Source: Patescibacteria group bacterium
Lineage (GTDB): Bacteria; Patescibacteriota; Minisyncoccia; Phycocordibacterales; Phycocordibacteraceae
Direction: 5' to 3'
DNA: 64,000 bases
Assembly: GCA_038064495.1 (NCBI GenBank)
Contig: JBBTSZ010000002.1
Location: forward strand, 152,934 to 216,933
Shown piece by piece: positions 28,453-40,530 of the stretch. A model generated the notes under the pieces. It ran no database searches. It was not told the origin of the DNA and saw only the letters and a list, made by a program, of their open reading frames with translations. Numbering within the stretch: the stretch's first letter is position 1; every line of letters starts with the position of its first letter. The position numbers were made by a program, and so were the translations under genes.

Positions 28453-29145
28453 ATGGAACGGAAACAGCCAGTCGCAGTCTTTGATATAGACGGAACCATC
28501 TTCCGCTCATCACTCTTAATTGAGCTTGTGGAGGAGCTGGTAAAGCGCGAGATTTTCCCGCAGTCAGCGAGCAAACTCTACGAGAATGCCTACGAAGACT
28601 GGCTCAATCGGAAGGGCGAGTACGGACCGTTCATTCAAAAAGTCGTGCTTGCGTTTGGCAACTATGCGAAAGGCATTCCATACGGCGACGTCGCAGACGT
28701 CGCCGGAGAAATCATTGAAGCGAAGCGCGACCGGTTGTATCGCTACACCCGTGACCTCATAGATGACCTTCGCAAGAAAGATTATTTTCTCCTCGCCATC
28801 TCACACTCACCAAAGTTTATTGTGGACGGATTTGCGTACGAGCTCGGCTTCAATAAATCCTACGGAACGTTCTATGATACCGGTGCAAGCAACCGCTTCA
28901 CCGGAGAAATCATTGATGAGCACATCATTATGAATAAGGCTGCCATCCTTGCGCGCGCGATGGAGAAGGAAAACCTGAGCGTCACGGGCTCTGTTGGTGT
29001 GGGGGACACCGAGAGTGATATTTCTATGCTCACCATGGTGGAGACACCGATAGCGTTTAACCCGAACCGGCTCCTGTACCGTCACGCCAAGAAGAACGAT
29101 TGGAAGATAATCGTTGAGCGTAAGGACGTGATTTATGAGATATGA
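28453..29145 (+). CDS. HAD-IB family hydrolase (SerB-like)
   Basis: FDIDGT, ISHSP, K, GDTESD, FNP. Confidence 0.88.
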   Translation: MERKQPVAVFDIDGTIFRSSLLIELVEELVKREIFPQSASKLYENAYEDWLNRKGEYGPFIQKVVLAFGNYAKGIPYGDVADVAGEIIEAKRDRLYRYTRDLIDDLRKKDYFLLAISHSPKFIVDGFAYELGFNKSYGTFYDTGASNRFTGEIIDEHIIMNKAAILARAMEKENLSVTGSVGVGDTESDISMLTMVETPIAFNPNRLLYRHAKKNDWKIIVERKDVIYEI

Positions 29146-29822
29146 GTGACCAAGAAGTGCAAGTGCACTCAGAAGAGACTAAAACCAGATTAAGTAATAA
29201 TAGGACTTTAATAATCCTAACCGTTTCCTTCATATGTCTAGCCATACTCTGTTGGCCGATTATTTCTTTGTTTCTATCACCTGGCATTAAATTTGATCTC
29301 CAACTCTTTGCATTGACAGTTATACTAGTCTCACTCTTCGTTTTCATCTTAGTAAGAACGATCAAGCGAAATCTACCAGAAGAACTACTCTTTGTCATAT
29401 TAGGTGTGCTTCTAAGCATCTTGTTCTTTCTGTCAGATGTTTCTAAAGATGATTTGAGTACCATACAGGATCTCGCGGCTTCCCATTCCTATAACTGCTT
29501 AGTTGCTGAGGGTATATTGAATGATAATAAAGTCATCAATTCGATTTCGTACAGCCAGTATGAACCGAGTATTCTTTTTAACGATTTGGGTTTTATCTTT
29601 GAAAAGTATGGTACATCCACTCAAGCGAGAGTCGGTATTGCAACTTACCAAATGAATTATTCCAATAAACTCTTAATTGGAACTACAAATCTGGACACGC
29701 CAGCTTTCTCAACAAGTACCTTAGCGGCAATTACATCTCACAAAACTCAATTAAGTGCACTTGCTACGGAGATAAGTAACGCACTCAATTGTTCAGCTAC
29801 ACGAACAGAGAAGAAACCTTAA
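29142..29822 (+). CDS. AT-rich hypothetical membrane protein
   Basis: Three N-terminal TM helices; ATGA overlap with HAD gene; visibly AT-rich. Confidence 0.6.
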   Translation: MSDQEVQVHSEETKTRLSNNRTLIILTVSFICLAILCWPIISLFLSPGIKFDLQLFALTVILVSLFVFILVRTIKRNLPEELLFVILGVLLSILFFLSDVSKDDLSTIQDLAASHSYNCLVAEGILNDNKVINSISYSQYEPSILFNDLGFIFEKYGTSTQARVGIATYQMNYSNKLLIGTTNLDTPAFSTSTLAAITSHKTQLSALATEISNALNCSATRTEKKP

Positions 29823-29848
29823 AGCTCTATCTTTGATATACTCCCAGC

Positions 29849-30085
29849 ATGACAAAACGCTTATATCGTAGCCGGACCAATAAAGTGCTCGCAGGCATTT
29901 GTGGAGGAATAGGGGAATATTTTGAAGTTGACCCAGTGCTTATCCGTCTTCTCTACCTCCTCGCCACTGTCTTCACGGGTGTGGTTCCCGGACTTCTTGC
30001 GTATGTGATTGCTATCGCGGTAGTGCCAGAAGCCCCGTTCATCACTCCATCCAAACCAGTCGCGGATGAACCGACAAAAGTTTAG
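29849..30085 (+). CDS. pspC: PspC-domain protein
   Basis: KRLYRSRTNKVLAGICGGIGEYF.VDP.LIR. Confidence 0.9.
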   Translation: MTKRLYRSRTNKVLAGICGGIGEYFEVDPVLIRLLYLLATVFTGVVPGLLAYVIAIAVVPEAPFITPSKPVADEPTKV

Positions 30086-30875
30086 GAATCTCGTTTGGAG
30101 TTATTACGAGGAGCACGGAAGAAACTCACTTCCGTGGAGAAAAACTAAAGACCCATACAAGATACTTGTTTCCGAGATGATGCTCCAACAAACCCAGGTG
30201 GAGCGGGTTATTCCGTACTATAAAAAATTTGTTCAAACATATCCGACCATACAAGCACTTGCTCGCGCACCACTGGCAGACGTACTGAAGATATGGCAAG
30301 GACTAGGATACAACCGCAGAGCCAAATTTCTGCATAAGGCCGCTCAACAAATTGTTTCTACATATAATGGGAAGATTCCTACGGATGCGGCTGAGTTGGA
30401 ATCAGTTTGGGGTATAGGTCCATACACTGCACATGCAGTTATGACATTTGCATTCAACCACGATGCTGTATTTATTGAGACCAATATACGTACAGTCATC
30501 ATCCATCACTTCTACAAAGATGACGAATCAATTTCTGAAGAAGATATTGCAAACGTATTAAAGAAAATGCTTCCACATGGAGAGGCACGGGCATGGTATT
30601 CAGCACTGATGGACTACGGTGCGTACTTAAAACGCTCAGGGGTGCGTATCAACACAAAAGCAAAAGGCTACACTAAACAATCAACCTTTATCGGCTCAGA
30701 CCGACAGGCACGAGGCGCAATTCTGAAAGAACTTTCAATAAGACCAGCAAGCGCGAAGCGCCTCTCGGGACTTCTTGGTGACGACCGAAAACCACAACTT
30801 TCACTGCAACTCGGAAAACTCTTAAAGGAAGGAATGATTCAGAAAAAAGGAACACGCTACCAACTCCCGGCCTAG
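30066..30875 (+). CDS. mutY: A/G-specific adenine glycosylase, Fe-S-cluster-free variant
   Basis: R.LPWR, VSEMMLQQTQV, WQGLGY.RRA, GIGPYTA, ETN; no Cys cluster after MDYG. Confidence 0.88.
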   Translation: MNRQKFRNLVWSYYEEHGRNSLPWRKTKDPYKILVSEMMLQQTQVERVIPYYKKFVQTYPTIQALARAPLADVLKIWQGLGYNRRAKFLHKAAQQIVSTYNGKIPTDAAELESVWGIGPYTAHAVMTFAFNHDAVFIETNIRTVIIHHFYKDDESISEEDIANVLKKMLPHGEARAWYSALMDYGAYLKRSGVRINTKAKGYTKQSTFIGSDRQARGAILKELSIRPASAKRLSGLLGDDRKPQLSLQLGKLLKEGMIQKKGTRYQLPA

Positions 30876-30876
30876 A

Positions 30877-32031
30877 TTATTTTATATCCGTAATGTGTAG
30901 CGCACTCGTCACACCAATTACCCCGATAATAAAGGCTGTGGCAACAAACAGAAGTTGGTAGCCAGAAACCGACAGAATAATACTTCCGACAATCGGTGCG
31001 ACGAGGGCTGCAACCGGGCGGGTCATGCGAAAAAGACCAACGGTTGAGGCATCTGCCTCAGAGACCCGGCGAAAGAAATGACCCTCAGACATTGCTTCCA
31101 CAAGGGACGCACCGATACGGCTAAAGATGAGAATAATTACAATCACCATGATGGTGGTTTGATTGGTGACGAGTGCGAGCGCCGCAAAGCCCGAAGCCAT
31201 CATCACAAAGCCGCCAATAAGGAGCTCTTGGTCACCCCACTTCTGGTCGGCAATCCAACCTGCAGGGTATTCAAGGAGCACAAAGGGCAGAAGCATGATG
31301 GCAAATATCCAGCCGAGCTGTTCCCACGGGAGTTCGAGTACGTGATGCAGATAGAGCGGGATGTAGAGTGGAGCCAAGTGATAAAAGAATTGAAGAGTGC
31401 CGTGAGCGAGTGTGACGGCACGAAGGTCCTTATCACGCAGAATGGCAACCCATGCGTCCACAATATTTATAAAATTTGGGTGTGAACCTTGAGGAAGACG
31501 CTTCATGGAAATGAGCGCGATAAATGGGAAGAGACTCGCAGCTGCTACCGCAAAGACACGCCAATACGCTTCACTTGAATCCATGAGTATACCGACGGCG
31601 AGTGGGGAAAGCACGAGTGCAACATTTCCTGCAGTGAGAAACATAGTGCGGATGCGTCCAGTCGTGCCTTCTTTTGCAATGGTGGCTTCAAGAAGCAAAT
31701 CAAGTTGGTACTGAATGAGTGGTGTCGTGGCGCAGGCAAGTGCAACGAGGAGAATCGCAGGAAGTGGCGTGGGACCGACTGCAAGCCAAGCAAGTGCTCC
31801 CGCTTCAACGGTCGCAAAGAAGACCGCAAGACGACGCGGACCGTACTTACGGACTAAATGTGGCATGAGTGGAAACGCAAACAGGGTGATGATGGCACCA
31901 AGCGAGACCACGAGACCAGTCGCCGAGTCCGGCATGAACGTCGCCAAGTACGGCGTAATGACGTAGATGATGAGAAAGAAATGCGCTGAGGCAAAGAAAT
32001 TGCCCAAACTCAAAATAGAACGCGTCTTCAT
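30877..32031 (-). CDS. MFS transporter
   Basis: About 12 TM helices; G.IADQKWG motif-A-like loop. Confidence 0.82.
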   Translation of the reverse strand: MKTRSILSLGNFFASAHFFLIIYVITPYLATFMPDSATGLVVSLGAIITLFAFPLMPHLVRKYGPRRLAVFFATVEAGALAWLAVGPTPLPAILLVALACATTPLIQYQLDLLLEATIAKEGTTGRIRTMFLTAGNVALVLSPLAVGILMDSSEAYWRVFAVAAASLFPFIALISMKRLPQGSHPNFINIVDAWVAILRDKDLRAVTLAHGTLQFFYHLAPLYIPLYLHHVLELPWEQLGWIFAIMLLPFVLLEYPAGWIADQKWGDQELLIGGFVMMASGFAALALVTNQTTIMVIVIILIFSRIGASLVEAMSEGHFFRRVSEADASTVGLFRMTRPVAALVAPIVGSIILSVSGYQLLFVATAFIIGVIGVTSALHITDIK

Positions 32032-32068
32032 TTGAGGTGATTGTAACATTGGCACCGTAGTGGTATTG

Positions 32069-32347
32069 ATGGAGTTAGAAGAGAGAAAAGTTATGCTGTT
32101 CTCAAAAGAAATGAACGACCTCCGTCGAGAAGTTGAAAAGGAGGCAGGAATGCAGGCGGGTCATGCGGGCAGCTACAAAGAAGCTGGTCACATGTGTGAC
32201 TCATATTCCTGCTCTTGCGGATGGAAGAGCACGGGGTATTTTGACGGGTATGAGTATGCATACGATGATTGGGTCAAACATCTCATTCAAAATGGCGTTG
32301 AGCTAAACTATCCGGAGGTTACCGAGGAGTTACGATTTAAGGGCTGA
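32069..32347 (+). CDS. Hypothetical protein with CSCGW motif
   Basis: H..C...CSCGW....H pattern; terminator follows; start codon uncertain. Confidence 0.55.
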   Translation: MELEERKVMLFSKEMNDLRREVEKEAGMQAGHAGSYKEAGHMCDSYSCSCGWKSTGYFDGYEYAYDDWVKHLIQNGVELNYPEVTEELRFKG

Positions 32348-32358
32348 GTCTGAGAAAC

Positions 32359-32385
32359 AAAGGCGCCGCATATGCGGCGCCTTTT
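32359..32385. terminator. Bidirectional intrinsic terminator
   Basis: AAAGGCGCCGC-ATAT-GCGGCGCCTTT. Confidence 0.75.
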
Positions 32386-32435
32386 CAATAGGAAAGCCCG
32401 CCAGAGGTCCAAAGACATGGCGGGCTTTGTGCAGG

Positions 32436-33170
32436 TTATGCAACTGCGAGGTGCTGCGTCCGGGAAAAGAATGTTCCGAACGAGCCTTTCCACAGGCCGA
32501 GCGACGTGAAGTTATCATAGTCAGAAGACATCTCGCGATGGAGCTCCTTCGCTCGGTCGATGAACGTCCCCGAAGGCATGATTGCTTTTTCGTGCGCGTG
32601 AGCAGCCATATCTTCCAAGGCTGCAATAGCGTCCGCAGTCTTCTCGAGTGTGAACGCTGCCTTTTTGAAAGCTACGTTCACATCCATCTGCAGAAGTTCG
32701 TCAAACGACACATTGAGGACCTTGCAGACAGCGGCAACGTCTTCAACAAACTCATGAAGCTTGTCTGCATAGTTGGCAGGAATATCTCCCTGCATCAAAT
32801 GCCGATACAATATCTTCATGAATCTCCCACAGACAGTGTCGGTCCGGATTGCTTCCGCTGGTTCCTGTGTGGTAAACACGAACGGAGCCAGCAGAACACC
32901 GAAGAGAAGCGTCCAGTAGAAACGAATGCCGAAGTATTCAGAGGCAGCGAGGTAAAACAGAAGCACGAGCGAGACATACAGCAAAGCACTGCAAATGGTC
33001 GCCCAGATTTTCGCGGCATGTGCCGCTCGCTTCCGTTCTTGTGGATACAGGAGCAAAGCAATCTGCTCCAGAGTAAAACCCTCGGTATCGCTCCATACCT
33101 GGGTGTATTTTTTCATATCCCCGCGTGCGACCGCAGAGACGACACGTTCAAAGAAACGCTCAGTAGACAT
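32436..33170 (-). CDS. Hypothetical two-TM protein (orphan, SD-led)
   Basis: AAGGAG SD; TTGACA-N17-CATAGT promoter; two TM helices. Confidence 0.6.
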   Translation of the reverse strand: MSTERFFERVVSAVARGDMKKYTQVWSDTEGFTLEQIALLLYPQERKRAAHAAKIWATICSALLYVSLVLLFYLAASEYFGIRFYWTLLFGVLLAPFVFTTQEPAEAIRTDTVCGRFMKILYRHLMQGDIPANYADKLHEFVEDVAAVCKVLNVSFDELLQMDVNVAFKKAAFTLEKTADAIAALEDMAAHAHEKAIMPSGTFIDRAKELHREMSSDYDNFTSLGLWKGSFGTFFSRTQHLAVA

Positions 33171-33262
33171 GTCACGCACTCCTTTTGGGTTGAATACCTT
33201 CGGTTCCTAGCAAGGAACCAGACCGGGTGTGACTATGCACTATTTAATATGAAGTGTCAATT

Positions 33263-35158
33263 TTAGACGCCAATAAGTACCGGAATCACCATCGGTGCTT
33301 TGTTGGTGCGAGCAAAGAGGTATCCGGATACCGTGTCGGACAACGTGTTCTTCACATAGTCCAAATCAACGGGATTCATGCCGTGCGTAGAGTCTTCCAC
33401 CGTCTTTTTGATAAGCAGACGTGCTTGATTCAAAAGGTCTTGGCTTTCACGAAGGTAAATGAATCCACGGCTGATGATGTCTGGAGACTTACGGAGCTTT
33501 CCGGTCTTCAGGTTCACGGTAGCAATGATGACGAACATACCATCCTTCGCGAGCATCTGGCGGTCACGAATCACCACTTCCTGCATGTCCCCAATAGAGA
33601 AGCCATCCACCACGAGTGGAGCAGACGGGACTTTTTGCTTGTGGAATTCAAGGCGCTCACCATCAATGATATCGATTACGGAACCATTGTCCGCAAGAAT
33701 GATGCTCTCCTTCGGTCGTCCTGCTTGCTCCACTGCTTTGGCATGACTCTTCGTCATGGAGTAGTAGCCGTAGGCAGGCATGAAGAAGGTTGCGTTCACC
33801 TGCTTGTTAATCCAAATGAGCTCACCGGTGTTTCCATGACCGGTTGAGTGCACATCGCTCGTGCGGTAGTGGATGAGGGTAACGCCATTTCGGTAGAGAT
33901 TGTCCTTCAACTTTTGTACATTGATTTCGTTTCCGGGAATAACCGAAGACGAAAGCACGACGGTATCGCGTTCGTTCAAGACAATGTTCTTGTGCTGCTT
34001 CGTCGCAACACGCATAAGGGCAGCGAACTCTTCACCCTGAGCTCCGGTTGCGAGGATGACGATTTTGTCTGGTGAGTAGTCGCCAATTTCTTGTGCCGGA
34101 ATAATGGTAGATGGGGCAAGCTTCACAAGTCCAAGCTTTTGACCTATTTCAAGGTTGGTCTTGATGGAACGTCCTTCAATCACAATCTTCTTCCCCATAC
34201 GCTCGGCAATCTCAATGATGTGAATCATGCGATCAAATTGCGAGGCAAAGGTACCAATAACGAGACGACCGGGAACGGTCTTAATAATTTCTTCAAGCGT
34301 TTCATACACCTTTCGCTCAGGGATGGAGAAACCGTCCTTCTCAGCGTTGGTGGAGTCGGCAATAAAGAGGAGATTCTTTTGCTTTCCGAGCGCTCCCCAC
34401 TTCTTCTGCTCGGCTTCGGTTGGAATACCGTTCTCATGGTCAAGCTTCAAGTCTCCCGTTGCAATCACGTTTCCATAGGGCGTCTCTACTGCAATACCCA
34501 TCGAGTCTGGGATAGAGTGCGTAACGGGGAAGAAGTGCACTTTGGTAGAGCCGATGGTGTGGGTTGAACCAGCCTCAACGACGATGAGGTTCGGCTTTGG
34601 CATATCCGGATATTCTTCCTGACGCTTGGCAATCATCGTAGCTGAAAGTTGCAGCGTGTAGATAGGCGGGTTACCAAAACGGTTCATCAAGAACGGGATA
34701 CCACCAATGTGATCCAGGTGGCCATGCGTAATAAAGACGGCGCGAACGCGGTCCATGTTTTTCTCAAGGTACTTCGTGTTTGGAAGGACGTAGTCAACAC
34801 CAGGTGAGGTGTCTTCTGAAACGAACTGGAATCCAACGTCAAAGACAAAGATGTCACCATTTGCTTCAATCGTGAACATGTTGCGTCCGACTTCCTCAAC
34901 GCCACCAAGTGGAACGACGCGAACGACGTTCAGGTCCGGCTTTTCAGGGAAGTAATCGGCAGTTTTCTTTGCGGCAGACGGAGACGGTCCCATTGGTCGG
35001 CGAAGCTGACGGCGAATGCCACGTGCGGCTTTGCCGGGACGACTTCCACCACCTGAGCGTGGTCGAGGAGCGCCGGTTGTAGGACGTGGTCCACGAGGCC
35101 TCTCACCGTCTGGACGGGGTCCGCGCGGTGCGGGTGCGGGAGCTGGTGCAGTACTCAT
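33263..35158 (-). CDS. rnj: Ribonuclease J with low-complexity N-terminal extension
   Basis: GGVEEVGRN, THGHLDHIG, HSIPD, DSTNA, VHSTGHG, SRGF. Confidence 0.95.
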   Translation of the reverse strand: MSTAPAPAPAPRGPRPDGERPRGPRPTTGAPRPRSGGGSRPGKAARGIRRQLRRPMGPSPSAAKKTADYFPEKPDLNVVRVVPLGGVEEVGRNMFTIEANGDIFVFDVGFQFVSEDTSPGVDYVLPNTKYLEKNMDRVRAVFITHGHLDHIGGIPFLMNRFGNPPIYTLQLSATMIAKRQEEYPDMPKPNLIVVEAGSTHTIGSTKVHFFPVTHSIPDSMGIAVETPYGNVIATGDLKLDHENGIPTEAEQKKWGALGKQKNLLFIADSTNAEKDGFSIPERKVYETLEEIIKTVPGRLVIGTFASQFDRMIHIIEIAERMGKKIVIEGRSIKTNLEIGQKLGLVKLAPSTIIPAQEIGDYSPDKIVILATGAQGEEFAALMRVATKQHKNIVLNERDTVVLSSSVIPGNEINVQKLKDNLYRNGVTLIHYRTSDVHSTGHGNTGELIWINKQVNATFFMPAYGYYSMTKSHAKAVEQAGRPKESIILADNGSVIDIIDGERLEFHKQKVPSAPLVVDGFSIGDMQEVVIRDRQMLAKDGMFVIIATVNLKTGKLRKSPDIISRGFIYLRESQDLLNQARLLIKKTVEDSTHGMNPVDLDYVKNTLSDTVSGYLFARTNKAPMVIPVLIGV

Positions 35159-35253
35159 AACAGTTGTGTTACTGATTTTATAAATTGATTTGCCTAGTTA
35201 GGTCACTAGTTTTTGAGCGGACGTTTGTCTGCACAAAAACTAAGTACGTAATC

Positions 35254-35377
35254 TGAGTTCTTTAAAAATGCTTAGATGCTAGGCACTCGCGAGCGAAAAG
35301 CTGAGGTGTACTCATAGTACAGTGAGGCTTTGAGTGATGCGAGTAACAACGCAGATAAGTATTTTTCAAGAAACTTA
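35254..35377 (-). repeat. Stop-codon-anchored palindromic element, copy B (after ABC SBP)
   Basis: Starts at TAA; core TATCTGCGTTGTTACTCGC..AAAGCCTCACTGTACTATGAGTACACCTCAGCTTTTCGCTCGCGAG. Confidence 0.88.
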
Positions 35378-37090
35378 GCGGGCGAAGAAGGGAAGCACCC
35401 ATTCTGTCCGTCTATGCCATGACGAAACAGTTGCAAAGCGGTCTGCAGGCGACGTGATTTGTGGAAGTACCACACCACCCAGGTCTTGAGGCACAGCATA
35501 CACGAAGTCTGGGGCGTGTGTGAAGAGTGCACCGTAGTCACTGGTAATCTCATCACTTATCTTTTGGAGACTCGCTAGACGCTTTGTTTCGTCACTTTCC
35601 TGACGATTCTTTTCAAGAAGCTGGTCCACGCTGCGGTTTGCGTAGAGTGCAATATTGAGGCCCGGGTCCTGACGCTGTGAGGAATCCCAGAAAGCAAAGA
35701 GGTCCTGATTGCGACCAATCACCATGCCAAAGAAGAGTGCCTCGTATTTCCGTGGACGGATGACTTCGTTTGGGAGCGCACTTGGTTCATGGAACTCAAG
35801 TGAGGTAGCTACACCTAGGGCCTGCCAGTCATCCTGCACACTTGCGGCAAGTGTCTTCAGCTCAGGCACGTTTGAGGTGGTGATAACCAAAGGTCCAAGC
35901 GTGAGCTTTTGCTTTGCATTTTTCCATACACCCGCCACTTCGTCGTATGCCCAGCCGTTATCGGTGAGCACTTTCTTTGCAGCGGCAACATTGTCGCCGT
36001 CTAGTGGAACTGGCTCACTGACACCTGCACCTGGAGGCACCGGCCCAGCTAGTGGTGTGGCGTACCCGCCGAGCAAATCCTTCGTGATGTGCGTGCGGTT
36101 GATGGCAAGCGAGAGGGCCTTGCGAACCTCAATTCGAGCAAAGAGTTTGTTCTGTTCAGGGTTCAAGAAGATGCCAAACACACGGGAGTAGGGCGCGGTG
36201 ATGCTGGTGTCCGAAGGAACCCCATATGCACTCTCCACCTTTCCATGCGCATACGCATTTTCTAGTTCGTCCGTAGTAACAAAGAACACAAAGTGCATGG
36301 AATTGAGATACGGCTTTCCGAGCGCGTACTGCTTGAAAGCTTTCACCTCAAAGTCGGTAATCATGTTGTCGCTGTCTTTGGTGATCTTCGTCACTTGAAA
36401 CGGCCCAGCGCCAACCGGATTCGTCATCAACTCAGAAAACGGAAACTGTTCATTTGGAATATTCTTCCAGAGATGTGACGGCAAAATACCGAGCGTCGTG
36501 TCTTCAAGAAACGGTGCATAGGCCTTCGGCAGGGTAAACACAACCGTTCGCGAATCAACTGCTTCTGCTCGGATGTTCGCCCAGTTTGCGAGTTCTGGCG
36601 ACTTGAGTGAAGGATCCTGCGCCTTGGTGACTGTAAAGACGACGTCTTGTGCGGTTACCGGAGTTCCGTCTGAGAACTTCAAACCTTCCTTCAGGACAAA
36701 GGTATATTCCTTACCGTCTTCTGAAATCGTGTAGCTCTCCGCAAGCACCGGGTGAAGACCACCCGGCCCCACACCCATGAGTCCTGCGTAGGTGAGTGCT
36801 ACCAAGTCGCGGTCTGAGTCCGTGAGTGCAAGCAGTGGGTTGATGAAGCGGGGAGGCCCGACGACACCTTCCGTCAAACTTCCACCATGACGAGGTACCT
36901 CTACCAAGAACGTACGCTCAAGAGCAATGATACCCACAAGACACGAAACAATGAGAACACCTCCAAGTACGAGTGTTAGAAGCTTGTCACTTGGAGAAAG
37001 ACTACGAAAGAAGCTGGAAAGTCTTTCCAGAACGAGAACCTGTCGACGGCGCGACAGGGTAGCAAGAATCCCAGAGAACCGACTATCCAT
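35375..37090 (-). CDS. ABC transporter substrate-binding protein, family 5 (OppA/DppA-like), TM anchored
   Basis: GGSLTEG..G.P..INP, LAESY.IS.DG..YTF.L, FSDG.P.TA.DV.FT, PVGAGPF. Confidence 0.9.
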   Translation of the reverse strand: MDSRFSGILATLSRRRQVLVLERLSSFFRSLSPSDKLLTLVLGGVLIVSCLVGIIALERTFLVEVPRHGGSLTEGVVGPPRFINPLLALTDSDRDLVALTYAGLMGVGPGGLHPVLAESYTISEDGKEYTFVLKEGLKFSDGTPVTAQDVVFTVTKAQDPSLKSPELANWANIRAEAVDSRTVVFTLPKAYAPFLEDTTLGILPSHLWKNIPNEQFPFSELMTNPVGAGPFQVTKITKDSDNMITDFEVKAFKQYALGKPYLNSMHFVFFVTTDELENAYAHGKVESAYGVPSDTSITAPYSRVFGIFLNPEQNKLFARIEVRKALSLAINRTHITKDLLGGYATPLAGPVPPGAGVSEPVPLDGDNVAAAKKVLTDNGWAYDEVAGVWKNAKQKLTLGPLVITTSNVPELKTLAASVQDDWQALGVATSLEFHEPSALPNEVIRPRKYEALFFGMVIGRNQDLFAFWDSSQRQDPGLNIALYANRSVDQLLEKNRQESDETKRLASLQKISDEITSDYGALFTHAPDFVYAVPQDLGGVVLPQITSPADRFATVSSWHRRTEWVLPFFAR

Positions 37091-37097
37091 GGTGTAT

Positions 37098-37328
37098 TCA
37101 GATGAGGAACCCGAGGACTGCTGATGCGACAAATAAAATAGCCACGACTATTGTTGCGTTGAATAGAAATTTCTCCGCGCCGCGCCGCTTGTAGAATGTC
37201 GATGCGAAGTTATCGCCTCCGAATGCTCCTCCTAAGTTGGCCCCGCGCTGTTGAAGCACAATGCCGAGGATAAGGAGAAGGGAGAGGGTGATTTCCGCGT
37301 ATGGCAGTATTGCCTTAAGTAGCTCCAT
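37098..37328 (-). CDS. secG: Preprotein translocase subunit SecG
   Basis: VLQQRGANLGGAFGG...RRGAEKFL. Confidence 0.9.
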   Translation of the reverse strand: MELLKAILPYAEITLSLLLILGIVLQQRGANLGGAFGGDNFASTFYKRRGAEKFLFNATIVVAILFVASAVLGFLI

Positions 37329-37517
37329 CTGTACCCCGAAGGGTACCACTTGCCCATGGGATGAGCAAGTGGAGCCGCTGGGGGCAAGATGCCGGAATCT
37401 TGATTTACTGAGCGACGTCACTATACTGAGGACACGTCGGTTGTACCTACGATAGGTTCACCGAAAGGCACAAAATAGTGCTTTATTTATAAGCTCATCT
37501 AAGCTGTCTCATTTTCT

Positions 37518-39472
<1,955 letters not shown>

Positions 39473-39476
39473 AAAG

Positions 39477-39598
39477 GAGCACAAATAAAACTTCTAACTT
39501 CTTTGTTGCTCGCTTCGCTCAAAGCCTCACTGTACTATTGAGTACACCTCGGCTTTTCGCTCGCGAGCGCCTCGAATTTAATCGTTTTGTTTGCACTC
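39477..39598 (+). repeat. Stop-codon-anchored palindromic element, copy C (after groEL)
   Basis: GAGCACAAATAAAAC/GTTTTGTTTGCACTC stem; core near-identical to copies A, B, D. Confidence 0.88.
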
Positions 39599-39651
39599 TG
39601 ACAAATGGTAAATGAAATGGGCCGCGGAGTAACCTCCGCGGCCCTGATGGT

Positions 39652-39801
39652 TCAGGCGCCTGCCTGATTTTCCGAACGATCGTTCGCCTTGTTTGCTGCG
39701 CGCTTCTTGCTGGCAGCGACGGCGAGGCCACCGATGGCCACCGCGCCGATAAGTGCGACACCGACCGTCTTCTTGCTTGGCATGTGAGGCTTAACCATCA
39801 T
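39652..39801 (-). CDS. Small single-TM protein (49 aa, SD-led)
   Basis: AGGGAG SD; VGVALIGAVAIGGLAVAA helix; hairpin at about 39619-39644. Confidence 0.5.
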   Translation of the reverse strand: MMVKPHMPSKKTVGVALIGAVAIGGLAVAASKKRAANKANDRSENQAGA

Positions 39802-39940
39802 CTCTTTCTCCCTTACCTTGGATTGCTGGAACAACGAATTAACCGCCCATTCCTCATTTACTATACCATACCTAAAATGTTGTGCAACACTTGTTGACTT
39901 TTGGCAAATAAGACTATAATGGAGGTATAACCTTCTACCT

Positions 39941-40501
39941 ATGATTACTCTCTACATTCTTATCGGTGTTCTCGTTCTTGTTGTGCTCTTCATTATTGGT
40001 GCCTTTAACGGTTTTGTCTCAAAGGTTAACCGCACCAAAGAGGCTTGGGCAGATATTGATGTGCAGTTGAAGCGACGTTATGACCTTATACCTAATTTGG
40101 TTGAAGCCGTAAAAGGCTACGCTACCCACGAATCTCAAGCATTCCAGAATGTCACTGAAGCGCGTACCGCTGCCATGAGTGCAACGGGTGCGGTAGGAAA
40201 AGCGGAAGCAGAAAACACGCTTTCAGGGACTCTCAAATCACTCTTTGCAGTTGCTGAGGCCTACCCAGACCTAAAAGCAAACCAGAACTTCCTTCAACTT
40301 CAGAAGGAGCTCGGTGATACCGAAGACAAGATTCAGTCAGCCCGTCGTTTCTACAACAGCAACGTGCAGGACTTGAACACCGCAGTGCAGTCCTTCCCGG
40401 GTAATCTCATTGCCTCATCCTTTGGCTTTAAGGCTATGGATTTGTTTGAACTTGGTGCGGGCGAGGAGGCTGCTCGCGAAGCAGTAAAGGTATCCTTCTA
40501 A
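39941..40501 (+). CDS. lemA: LemA family protein
   Basis: W.DIDVQLKRRYDLIPNLV, EAYPDLKA, RRFYN. Confidence 0.95.
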   Translation: MITLYILIGVLVLVVLFIIGAFNGFVSKVNRTKEAWADIDVQLKRRYDLIPNLVEAVKGYATHESQAFQNVTEARTAAMSATGAVGKAEAENTLSGTLKSLFAVAEAYPDLKANQNFLQLQKELGDTEDKIQSARRFYNSNVQDLNTAVQSFPGNLIASSFGFKAMDLFELGAGEEAAREAVKVSF

Positions 40502-40530
40502 ACCGGAGCGCTATCAGCGCTTAACCACAT

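Noticed and set aside
32427-33266. 279-aa plus-strand ORF
   Set aside because: Antisense to a minus ORF that has promoter, SD and TM helices; no recognisable features
37400-37517. CIRCE operator upstream of groES
   Set aside because: No TTAGCACTC-N9-GAGTGCTAA; only weak hairpins
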